Shown one piece after another: positions 37,955-49,510 of a stretch of 64,000 nucleotides of DNA. Numbering within the stretch: the first letter of the stretch is position 1; each line of letters opens with the position of its first letter. Source of the DNA: Pseudovirgaria hyperparasitica. Taxonomy: Eukaryota. The translations under genes were made by a program, and so were the position numbers. The stretch is taken from the NCBI GenBank assembly GCA_010093815.1, contig ML996567.1. The stretch is one strand, 5' to 3'. The notes under the pieces were generated by a model. That model saw only the letters and a list, made by a program, of their open reading frames with translations. It ran no database searches and was not told the origin of the DNA.

Positions 37955-39667
37955 ATGCCACCTCTCTTGCATATACCGACTTCTGTCATCGAACTCTGGC
38001 AGGCTCTAATGTCTCTGCTTGACTCGTATATCATCATGCCCACTCTGTCCGAGGTCCTATCTCCAACCCGACTGCGATTACGGAAGCGTGCCCGCGACGT
38101 TGTCCCCCACTCCCAACGAAATATGCACGATTTTCTGTTCGATGTGAAGAGTACTTTCGAGGCCCCTCTGAGCTTGGACAGTCTGCTGGCTATGTCTACA
38201 CAGCTTCAGGATGAATTCCGGCAGAAACTCCAGTCCAGCACCGAATGCATGCTTCCCTCTTTCAGCCACACCTTGCCAACTGGTGACGAACGCGGCACCT
38301 TCCTTGCGCTGGATGTTGGTGGTACCAACTTCCGCGTGGCTCTGGTGGAACTGAATGGAAAAGACTCGACCACGAGCGGCATGTGGATGTCAAAGATGCG
38401 AAGCTTCAGGATCGACAATGCAGTCAGGTCGCTTCCTGGTGCTGCTTTCTTTGACTGGATGGCGGAGAAGATCCAAGAGGTTCTCTCACAATCGGACATC
38501 CAGAACACTGCAGTTCTGTCAATGGGCCTGTCATGGTCCTTCCCTATTGCGTATGTTCGTCAATTTGGCAGCCTCGTGGGCTCGAGCTGATTACGTGCTA
38601 GACAAACATCACAAAAAACTGGAACCATACTGCCCATGGGCAAAGGTTTCCGCGCCAGTGACGGTCTAATTGGCAAAGACCTCAGCCTGCAGCTGATGGA
38701 AGCTTGTCGCTCCAAGGTGAGCGCATTTGCATAGTCCCTCAATGTGGCACGTGCTAACACATGTGCAGGATCTTAACGTGCGCGTTGAGGCCATCATCAA
38801 TGACTCTTCAGCAACTCTACTCACTCGTGCGTTTGCAGACAACGCTACCAGGATTGCACTCATTCTTGGCACTGGCTTCAACGCCTCTGCACATCTTCCC
38901 GTGAATCTGTTTTCGCAAGAAAAGTTTGGCTCGCGTCCGGAGACGTGGCATGAGAAAGCCGAAAATGTTCTCGTCAACACTGAGCTTAGCATGTTCGGCA
39001 AGACTGTCTTTCCCCTCACAAAGTGGGACGAGCAGATCAAGAAGAATCACCCAAAGCCCGACTACCAGCCGTTTGAGCACCTCATTGCTGGTCGCTATCT
39101 GGGAGAGATCACTCGATTGATCCTTCTAGACGCCATCAAGACTGCCGGACTGTTCGGTGGCGAAATACCAGGAAACTTTTCCGAGGAACACTCGTTTGAC
39201 ACTGCCATCATGGCTGCTTTTGAATCGTGAGTATTGACCACCATTCTTGCTGCATCCCATGCCTAACATTTCACAGCGACGAGACCAAGCACCTCTCGAC
39301 GGCCAGTGCCGCCTTCCTGGCTGCACACCCGCTGAAATGGACGCCCAGCCACAGCGAACTACATATGATCCGTCAAATCTGTAGCCTAGTAACTCATCGT
39401 GCTGCTGCGTTCCTCGCGACTGGCACCCATGCGCTCTGGTATCTCCGGACAACGGCCGAGGGACTCAACCCAGCCAAGTCCGGGCGCATCTCCATTGGCT
39501 GCAACGGCTCCGTCATCGAACGATACCCGTCATTTAAGACGGTGTGCCAAACCTATCTCGATGATCTGACTACCATGTCAGGGGCACAGCCAAACTCGGT
39601 AATGCTCGAGCCGGCCGTCGAGTCGGCCATCTTTGGAGCGGCCGTGGCAGCAAGTTGTGAAGACTAG
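37955..39667 (+). CDS. HXK1: Hexokinase-family GlcNAc kinase (C. albicans Hxk1 / T. reesei HXK3-type), 4 exons; alternative start at 38036
   Basis: FLALDVGGTNFRVALVEL, MGLSWSFPI, MGKGF, INDSSATL, LILGTGFNA, NTELSMFG, YQPFEHLIAGRYLGEI, NGSVIERY. Introns at ~38551, ~38717 and ~39227. Substrate inferred from cluster context. Confidence 0.9.
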
Positions 39668-39966
39668 ACGAAAACCTGCTCAAATCATCTATATCGACAC
39701 GGACAAGTCGTATCATCACACAACATCCAGCGACTTTGCATAGGCCAATCGGACACACGTCCTGCATGCATATTCGACACACGCAGCAAAAATGTACATA
39801 GTCCTCGCTGCTGCGGCGAAGGCGTTTTTCGGGGGGAAACACATATCTACGTGGCAACTACGGCAGGGGATATCACATATGAAGTCATGAAAGGAAACGC
39901 ATTTCGCGGTGGGAGTCTTATAACAGGATCAAGGATTTTGGGGATTTTCAGCATTTCAGATACGTG

Positions 39967-40150
39967 GGGTGTGTGCGTGTGTGTGTGTGTACACCCTTTC
40001 TGCATGGGCACACGTTACACGCACCTCCTTTACATCTTTTACATCTTTCTTCTTCTTCTTCTTCTTCTTCTTCTTCTTCTTCTTCTTCTTCTTCTTCGCC
40101 GCCAATAGAGGACCCGACTTTATACCGTTTACTACCACTACTACTACTAC
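39967..40150. repeat. (GT)n, long perfect (TTC)n and (CTA)n microsatellites
   Basis: (GT)n at ~39969-39990, perfect TTC run at ~40047-40097, (CTA)n at ~40131-40150. Confidence 0.95.
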
Positions 40151-40821
40151 TGCTTTACCACCCAAGAAGAGGATAATATATTAATGCCAAAAAATTAAGT
40201 CCATTCTTGATTACGTCCTAATTATTTCGCGTCTGAAGAAATATCCGAAAGTGCCCCTTTTTTATTTAATTATCGTTCCCTGCTCGCTTGTATGTTGCAT
40301 ATGTTTGCATAGGCTATCAATGCGGGCAGGGTTGCATCGCATCGGCGCGTTTCTAGTGAGTGGTAGGTACATATAGTAATATAGTATGTATATGTGTATT
40401 CGTCACGGCATTGGACGCTGCAGGCTGGTGCTGGTACAGGTGCAGGCTGGTGTGGCTGGTGTGCCGTGCATACATATATACATACAGATACAGCGATCGT
40501 TACAGAGGACGGAGGGAGGGGGGAGAGAGGGGAGAGGGGGGGTAGGAGGGTGTTTCTGGCGTGTCATGTTGTGATGTGATATGTTGTGCTCTGCTCTGCC
40601 CTGTGTGTATGGATATCATGTATGGTTGTTATGGATATATTTGCATGTTATATTCTCTCTGGCTAATGAGCTAGCGTTGTGATTGCAACTTGAGAGTAAG
40701 TAAGTGAGTAAGCAAGTAAGTATGTAAGTGAGTAAGTGACTAGGTATTATAAGAGCATGTAACACGGTACGATACGATACGGTATATATACGTACATACA
40801 TATATACATACATAGTATTAG

Positions 40822-40980
40822 CTGTCGTTGATGTCGTTATTGTCGTTGTTGTCTATTATTGTCGATTGTTGTCGATTGTTGTCGTTGTTGTCGTTGTTGT
40901 CGTTGTTGTCGTTGTTGTCCATTGTTGTCCATTGTTATCCATTGTTATCCATTGTTGTCCATTGTTATCATTGTTGTCAT
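40822..40980. repeat. Imperfect 9/10-bp minisatellite (GTTGTTGTC / ATTGTTGTCG / ATTGTTRTCC)
   Basis: About 16 consecutive related units, with the unit sequence shifting along the array. Confidence 0.85.
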
Positions 40981-41119
40981 CTTCGTTCCACCATTCTTCA
41001 TTCACCACTCATCACTCACCACTAGTCACTCATCACAGCCCAGTCCTTCCAAGTCCCACCAATTCCACCGCGAGGGAAATAGAATATACAAGATATGAGA
41101 AAGAGTCCAGGTACTACTC

Positions 41120-41430
41120 CCACTACCACTACCACTACCACTACCACTACCATGCATGCATACGCCCCTCTTTATATAGTCAGTATATAGTCCACAAACC
41201 AGCACAGCCATGACAGACCAAGCCAACAACAACAACAACAACCCACCCATCAATGGATACTCCAACAACCATACCAACCAGGCCAGGCAATGAAATATTC
41301 CAATGTCAACACACAAGTATACCACAACGGGACACGAGAAAAGTCTCACTGCACAATCAATCAATTCCACCACAAACAAACACACCAGAGGTAGTTTATT
41401 TCGGCCGTCTTTTGTATATTATATATATAT
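41120..41430. repeat. (CACTAC)n, (AAC)n and (AT)n microsatellites
   Basis: Tracts at ~41121-41151, 41224-41241 and 41415-41432. Confidence 0.85.
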
Positions 41431-42226
41431 ATAAATAACATCATCATGTTTTTCTCAAACATTTTCGACATTTTATATTCTTTCCAGAAAAAAAAGAATT
41501 TATCAAAGGTATACACACGTCATCTTTCCTTCTTTCCTTCTTTCCTCCATGCCTTATTTCGTTCATTCATTCATTCATTCGTACTTCCTCGGTCCGTCTC
41601 CTCCCTTCTCCCTTCTCTCTCGCCCATGTCCCGACTACCAAGTTTCTACCCTAATTCGTATCTCATCGGAATCCCCAGGCTTCCATGCACAGAGTACCTG
41701 ACCTGTCCTTGATCGTTCCCGACGCGACAAGGCCCCAGTACCGTACAATGCAAAGGAGACTCGTAGCTCTGCTCAGAAAAGCTTTGGTATCATGATATAT
41801 GCGAGCATTTTCTCCCAGTGCCCCAAAAGCCAGAAGCCAGAAGTCCAATACCAAGATTCACCATATTCTGCCGCATACATTAACGCCCACTTTGTGGCAT
41901 TAGGTCGTTACCGGAAGCGTCTGCCGAGCTTGCCATCATCTCTGTCATTTTCGAGGTTTGTTCGAAGAGACGGTCTGAATGTACGATACCTTCCGGGACC
42001 GTAAAAGGTATGTCGAGTGCGCCGTCACATCACTCCCGCTTATCGCTATGCGACCGGGCGCGTTTCTGGCATTGCCGACGTCAGAGAAACTTTGCTGTAA
42101 CAGCTCCTGTTCCTTCTACCAGACGATGCACGAGGGCCACGGAAGAAGCCGTGATTGGTCTTCTTATAACACATGCGTCATGCTAACTCTCTCTAAGCAT
42201 ATCACAAGGGTATACTCGCCCAAGAA

Positions 42227-43911
42227 TCACGCTTCGGTTTCCGCAAAGTAACGTTTTGAACGATTTTTCACGGCAATGGCCTTCGGGTCCTGGGGGAGGT
42301 TTGTGTGATGCACCACATGTGGACGATAAACTGCATCAACCGGTGGCATCCAATCATCCAGACCTAGCGGGAAATATTCGTAAAGCAGATCAGCACTCTC
42401 GTCTGGGCTACTGATTAGGTTGAGCGAGAATGAATGCGCTCGCCTTGGTGTCATTTTGACTGCCTTCCTGACGCCACCGTCCGACTGTGTTGGCGATTGC
42501 TTCGGCTCGTCTTCGGTCAGAGATAGCGTTATTGGAGCCTGCGGTGCACGAGAAGGAGGCGCGTTTCTTCCAAGATCTGGAGTTGATTGGGCATATGCCT
42601 GGCCGCCATTCTGTCCGAGGTTGATGGGCTCTGGTATCGCTGTCATTGCGCCTGGCTGAGTCGGCATTTTCCAGTCAAAGAAGTCCTGTTGGGACATCTG
42701 CAGATCATTTGTGTCATACTGGAACGGTATTGGCGGAACATCCGGCCGAGACGACTTCGATTCCTGCCGTTCTGCCCGGAAGTTGTTCGCAGTCTGTGTC
42801 GAGTCTCCTGAGGAATGTCGGGTGACTTGATTCGGCATGTGAGAAGATTTACGTGCGGTGCTGCCTCCGGCGCTGATGGGAAAGTCTTTCCGCGACTGGA
42901 AGTTTCTTGGACTGCGCCCTCGTACAATAATCGCACCGGAGTGGACCTCTGCGACTGGTATCTTCTGCCCAGTATGCAGCGTGGCCATCAACTTGATCCT
43001 GACGACAAAGTGTTGCTGGAGCTCTTTCCGCCGTCCGTTGTTTGCCGTGGCAATCCTGAACTGTAATCTTTTCCAGGCGATTGGAAAATTTACAAACTCT
43101 GAATCCATCTCTTGACCATTGCTAAGTTCGAGGGGTATCGAAGGTGGCTCTTTCTCACTCTTGTCCTCCACGACTTGGGCGCCATTCGCAGGTGTCTTCC
43201 ACGGGACCGAAATGATCTTGACTGAGTTGCCTTCTACCGACTCTGTTGCGGAGATTGAGAGCTCCTGCGCTATTATTGGAATCTGCTCATTCTTGTCCGT
43301 GTATATGCTGTGAAGTGTGCGTGGCAGTGTTATCTGTCCTGTGATCTGGAAGAGGTTCCTCCGGTAGCAGGTTAGCTCAGACGGGGGTCCTGCAGCGTCG
43401 CCGACAGTCGCCCATGGCGACTCTGCCAGGAAGAACATGCCATGTAGCTGAGCGGAGAGAGAAATGGAGGTTCGGCGCAATTGGTAGTCGAGCAGTTGAT
43501 AGTTGTAGACCGGTAGAGAGAAGCTTAGGAGCTTGTGGTTGCTATCGATAGACGATGTTTCCGTAGCACCATTGTGCTCCGGCTGCGGCTGCTGGTCGTA
43601 GCCACTGAGGGCGTCGGAGAAAGGGTCTTCATAGCCGCCGGGCATGCGCTGTAAAGGCTGTTGCTGTTGGAAGCCGTGCTGCGCAAATGTAGCGTCTTCA
43701 CTTCTGTACAGGAAAGTCAGCATTGTTGAGGCGAGCAGTGAGAGCGCCAGGCTGGAGCGTACCCTACGTAGGTTTCGGCATCGTAATTAGAATGGTGTTC
43801 TAAGCCATCCAGGGGCAGCATCGGCATGCTGAGAGGGTCTGGTGATGTTACGTGGTTGAGTGACATTTGGGGCGCCAAGTAGGACATCGTAATGGTGTCG
43901 AAGCCCTCCAT
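42227..43911 (-). CDS. RON1: Ndt80/PhoG-family transcription factor (RON1/XprG/VIB-1 clade), 2 exons
   Basis: AQLHGMFFLAE, ELTCYRRNLFQITG, WKRLQFRIATANNGRRKELQQHF, IIVRGRSPRNF, C-terminal LYEYFPLGLDDWMPPVDAVYRPH. Intron ~43705-43762. Confidence 0.92.
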
Positions 43912-45640
43912 GGCTGCTGGCTAAGCGGGCGGTCCCGGGGATGGGCTGGCAAGGTGCAGCGCGATGTGCATACGGTCATTAAAGTGGTCGTTGGTGAGGC
44001 CGGGGATGCGTGGAATTGTGGCAGAGATGGAGAGGATGTTAGAGGGGAAATCGGGCGGAATGAGAGAAGTGTACGAGTAACGAGTAAAGGACGACGGTTG
44101 TGCGAGCGAAGGGGCGGAAATGGAAGTTTACGTTAGCGGAACCCGGAAGGCTGGAGGCTGGTGCTTGTGGTCGTCGTGTTCACTCTTCACGGCGCCGGCC
44201 GTGGCATATGCGGGCGGGATTTCCGCACAAGCAGCAGCAGCAGCAGCAGTAGCAGAAGCAGCAGAAGCAGCAGAAACAGTTCAAACTGCTTCTGTCGACC
44301 AGGATTGTGGGATATGTAGGGGTTGTCACTGAAAGCAATTGCGCGCAAATCGGATTGGAATAACGGAGAGTCTAGGGGGGGGGGGAAGGGGAGGGGATGG
44401 ATGTAGAATGTAGATAGACAGCTGAGCTAAGAATAAAACCCATCCAGTCGCGATGCATCCTGAACTAGTCCCCTTCACTCTCTTCACTCTCTTCCCTGCA
44501 CAGCGACTTCTTCCAACATCCAATGTCGATTGTCGTATTTGGAGGGAGGGATGGGGGAATATGCGGCCAAGGCGTCCGCTATCCATTGGGTGGAGACGCA
44601 GAATGAAGACTGGACTTGGGGGGGGGACCAGCTGACGATGATGATGATGTCGCGCGAGTCACGATCACAGCAGCTCTATCGAAACGTCCAACTTGTGGAT
44701 CGTCTGGATATAGTATTGTACAGCATCTTTAGTGTTGTCTACTGCGATATAGTGACAGGTGTTGAAGCTTATCACCGGCTTGTGTCGTGTCTGCTGATGA
44801 TGATCATCATCATCACTCAACTTCCCATGCATCGCGAGCTTCTGGAAGCCCATTTGAGAGCGATGACATATTACGGGGATTTTCAGACAGCGCCTACGTG
44901 CAGCTGCAGATCCCTCCAACTGCCCGGTCTGCAACCTAGTCGTCAAGCTTGTTTGACGGGAATGCTTGGTATATTAGTCGCATGTTGAGATAGATAATTA
45001 CCGTCATCTTGAATGCGCTTTTCACCTTTCGCGTCGTGGCGCACAGTGTGATAAAACCATAAAAGACAGTGCTTGATAAGGCGATAATTAGGCGGCACAA
45101 TGGATAGACGCGCCCGGGATCAGGCTTGTCGGCGTGTCTATCATGTCTATCGTGTCTGTCTATCGTTTCCCATCACGGCAAGACGGCGGTACCGACTTGA
45201 TTAGCCACGCTCAACTTGCCATAACTGCCAGACCATCCAATGCAAGTCATGCCGAAAGTAAACAATTACCATCTCACTCTCCTGGCTTTCGCGCATGATT
45301 GGTCATACGAGTGTGCGTCTGCTGATGTCCGTTACGTTCATACTAGACTCGCTGCTTGCAGATGATCTAGGCAGGATGGGTAATCCGGATGCTTCATGCA
45401 GGGCTAATCACCCTGTTCCCCGCACTACCTTTGTCCATTAACCGTAAATGCTAATAATCAACACTCTATATTGTCGAAAATATCGAACTGGAAGGAAAGA
45501 TACCAATATCCAGAATGTGTACATGTCCGGACGCTTGACACGTCTCATGCGCCAAGTAAAACTGTGCTAGGGTATTGCCAACGCCCGCTATCGCCTTCGC
45601 CTTCTCAAACAACTGAACGTCATCGACGCCGTGCGCGTGC

Positions 45641-48600
45641 TCACGATGGGGGAACCATTGTCCATGTTGCTGCGTCGCAGCTCACCTCTTCAAAGTTGTG
45701 CAGGACGTCGAAGCCCATTGCCGAGAGTCCGTCAAAGTTGCCGTCTCCGTCCATCTGAAACACTAGTCGTCAGCATCTGTACTCGCCATAAATAGCTCGA
45801 AATCCGAGAAATCACTCACATAGTCAAGAACACATGCAGTGGCTCCTTGGCCCTTGATCTGCCTCATGCCCAGCAGGATGAGCCCTTGCATCAACGTCGA
45901 GTACTCTCCCACCGCTGGCGATATCACCGGTGACGAAATCCCACCTGTAGGCTCATCAAGGTCTTTCATCGCCGGTACGAACTCTGACATTCTGGACTGT
46001 GCAAAGTAGAGCACGACTGTGCCGACAATCGCTCCGTCTTCTGCCCTCTTAGCCCGTATAATGCCTGCCGCCGACGAATCTTGGAGCGCGAGCTTGTATA
46101 CCTCCGCAAGCCCCTGTCTATTATTGGTTTTGATGTGGTCCAAAACTGGTCCGGCGTACTCCCATCCGTACACCAGGTCAAATTCAGCACCTGCACTTGC
46201 CAGACTCTTGGCCATGCCTTCTGGAGGACTCCAAGTTCCGAGGTTACGGGCGACCATCGTACAGACCGGTCTTGACAGTGCTGTGTTCCATCCCATGTTG
46301 GAGAACCAGGATCTCAGTCTCTTTCTCTCGGCGCTGTGTCCGGTAGGTATACCAAGGAAAATGCTTGGCAGTCGTGTTCCTATCTGGAACCTCTTGATAC
46401 CCTCGTGCTGGAGTAGGGTACGGATCGCTCTGTTGTGGAGTGAATGGCCGATAGAGAGCTTTCTCCGTGCAGGATCCACAAACAATGCCCCAATTGCGCC
46501 TGTCCCGGTCGTCTTGAAAAAGTATGTCGAGCAAAACCCGTACAATGCTTGTGTGCTGCTATTCCGTACCACGAAATGGGCTTCGGTCACTTCTGCGTGA
46601 TTGAGAAGGAAAGAATTGGATGAGGCGCTGGAAAGCTCCGAGCGCTGGTTGGGCGAACTGCCTTCAGTGACTGTCTTGATCAACGCATCCAACGCGTTCG
46701 CATCACGCTCCTCGTTGAAATTCTCGACAAGCCAGTGATGACGTGACTGGTGTAGCTTCTGACTTTGACTTATCGTCCCAGGTAGATTCCCAGCGGGATT
46801 TATGTCTCCGTACAGCACCTTCACCAGAGAGTTAAGCGCAGTTTCCGTAAAATCGTACGTGCAGATGTACGTCGGTATAGACGGATCCATGGCAAAGTCA
46901 TAAGGCGAACTGACTGAGACAACGATGAGTGGCTTCTCTCGTTTCTCACCACCAGTCGTGTACTGCATGTTGCATATCATCGATACGTGCTTGGTGAAGC
47001 CATGCTGGTACAGGTTCCGGTTCGCATCCGCCGTAAGGATTACTACAGCGCTCGCTCGACTAATAAGGTTTTCATGAACTGGGCGCACGCCGTTTGCTGT
47101 GTAGGACGTATGCAGGACTCGACCGTTGCGCTGCCGAGCTAGAGACCTCCCTAGCTCGCGAAAAACTCTTTCTCCACTCATCACTGACGCACTTCTCTCC
47201 CATACTGCTGGCTCGGGTGAGCCTGATGTGACAGTGTCAGAGAGCGCCCGCGATGCTGCAGAAGCCGCCAACGGCTTGACGAGTGGTGTAAGAAGTAAAA
47301 GTTCCTCCTCTGGTTCGAGAATGTTGGTTAATGGAAGAAGTCTACTCTTGTCTCGCACCACCGTGATTGAATTATTGTAGGCTTTCGTTGATAGTGATGT
47401 ATGTGTGGGCTGTAGGTTTGCGAGATGCTCGATTCCAGGTGGATTCAACGCCTTTTCCCATGAGGTGCATTTCGACTTCATCGTCAGCACCCGACGTAGC
47501 GACTGCTGAATTCTGTCTCTTGAGATCATAGCATTCTCAATGCCAAGCTTCAGCCCGGCAATGGCCTCTTGTTGCACAGTAAAAGAGCGACAGAGGAGCA
47601 CGATGTCACAGCCGGCGTTTACAGCCATGACAGTGCCGCCACCTACACCTATGTTGTGGCTCAATGCCTCCATCTCTAGACACTCGGAGACCACTACACC
47701 GTTGAACTTCAAATCTCTTCTCAGCAGATCGTCAACAACTTGGTCAGACAAGCAGGCATGCATGACATTCAAACCAGCTGACGACATCGCGCATCCTCCG
47801 ACCATGACAGAGTCAAGACCCTGTGCAATAGCATTCTTGAAAGGTACGAGCGCACTGAGACTAAGCTGCTCGAGTGATTCCGTAATGATTGGAACGTCCA
47901 ACGCAGATCCCAAGAACTCCAGATTGCCGTAGGATGGAAAGTGCTTGCCAAGTGTAGCAAGTCCAGCTTCTTTATACCCTTTCATGAACGCGACCCCGTA
48001 AGCTGAAACCTCTTGAGGGTCATCACCCGTTGTTCGAACGCCTAGTGGCTGATTGCGAGCATTCGTCAGGACATCCAAGCAAGGACCAAATATCCAATTG
48101 ATTCCACACGAGGCTATCTCCTCGGCAGTGGCCTTGGCTACTTCAAAGACAAGTTCAGTAGACCCGGTAGCAGCCATTCCCATGGCACTCGGGTATTGGC
48201 GAATGTAGATTTCATCGTAGAGACTGTTCACTCCTCCATTCTCTTGATCGACTCCGATAGCAAGTGGGACTGGATGACCAGCATCGTGTGCTATCTTCTG
48301 GAGCTCGTAGACTAGTCTCGTCGTATCTTCGGCGGCTTGAAAAAGTCAGTGTACAGCAGCATACATACCAGTAGACACGGGCTCACATCTCAAGTTTTTT
48401 GCAGTCAGTAGGATGGAACCAAGGTGGTGTTTCTCAATTAGGGTTTTGATCTGTGGTGTTACAGTGGTGCCATCAAAGCCCATCATAAACAGTTGACCCT
48501 CATTGTCATCTTAGTCGCATGCTTTTCGCACTACCAATACAGTAACACTTCACATACCAGGGTTCTGGAACGATATCAGTTAAAGATCACATGAGGTGCC

Positions 48601-48671
48601 ATTGTCGCAATGAAATCGTACCTGTCCAGATCATCCCATACGGGATCAAGCTTTGAATCTTTCGCAGGCAT
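45641..48671 (-). CDS. NGS1: GH3 beta-N-acetylglucosaminidase-like domain fused to a GNAT domain (Ngs1/NAG3-type GlcNAc sensor), 5 exons
   Basis: GQLFMMGFDGT, GSILLTAKNL, LAIGVDQENGGVNSL, GKHFPSYG, LLRRDLKFNGVVVSECLEM, then GNAT motif A GAIGALFVDPARRKLSIGHSL. Includes a 7-nt exon at 48558-48564 and a terminal exon 45757-45641. Confidence 0.9.
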
Positions 48672-48780
48672 CGTGATGGCACTGCGCGATTCACGGCCGC
48701 GCGATACACTGTAATTCTGACAAACACAGTCGATAGCCGTACCTACGTGTCCCACTTAGTTACAAGGTGGTATCAACCAT

Positions 48781-49285
48781 ATTTGCGACAGAAAGATGGA
48801 TGGAGAAGTGGGTCGAGAACTGTTCCAGCGGAGGCGTTCACAGTGAGACGTTGCACCAGGCCGCACTATCAATGTTCAGTGAGTCAGAGTCGGGTTGGAT
48901 GCCGCAGCGTGAATGGATGAAGTGTCAAGAGGTTGAGGTTGAGGTTGCATTTGGCCCTGGGGTAAGCTATCAAGCGCCTTGACACTCGTGGTGTGACCAC
49001 CCGAGCAGCCAAGTGGAATAGCGCCCTGTCAACACACTTCTCTCCCCACCCAGTAGCCATCCAGACTTCAACGTTGCATACACCACCACCACCACCCTTA
49101 CATCAGGCCTCCTCACGATGCTGCTTTATCATCTCCATCTGCGATGAAATGCTATGGGGCTGCAGCTTACCATCGTCTGTTGCTACACTGGCGCTATCTG
49201 ATCGACGAGGATGCTGGCTAGGTACCTTGGTCGCCATGACGTTGCACCTTGCTTAGTCCACGATACCACTGCCAGAGTCGCAAAG
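48781..49285. promoter_or_regulatory. Two Ndt80-type sites in the NGS1/DAC1 divergent promoter
   Basis: ATTTGCGAC (GTCGCAAAT on minus) at 48781-48789 and GTCGCAAAG at 49277-49285, in opposite orientations. Confidence 0.55.
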
Positions 49286-49510
49286 ATGCCTTTGGATAAG
49301 CCATCACCACGACTAGATCTAGTGAACGCCTTTTGTAATCCAAAACTTGCTATGAGGTAACCCTGGACGGTTGACTTTTATGCTCTCTGCTGTCTTGTCT
49401 GTGCATGCTCTGTTGTTCCACCCCGAATCAATCTCACCTCTCTCCAAGCAATTGGTAGACATAACATATCATTCTGCCAGTACCAGTTCCTGCCATAGGG
49501 TGACACGAAA

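Noticed and set aside
39851..41712. Short ORFs with poly-K/S/F/L/V and Cys-rich repeats; the repeat array resembles a CRISPR or metallothionein
   Set aside because: Translations of (TTC)n and the 9/10-bp minisatellite; no unique spacers and the context is eukaryotic.
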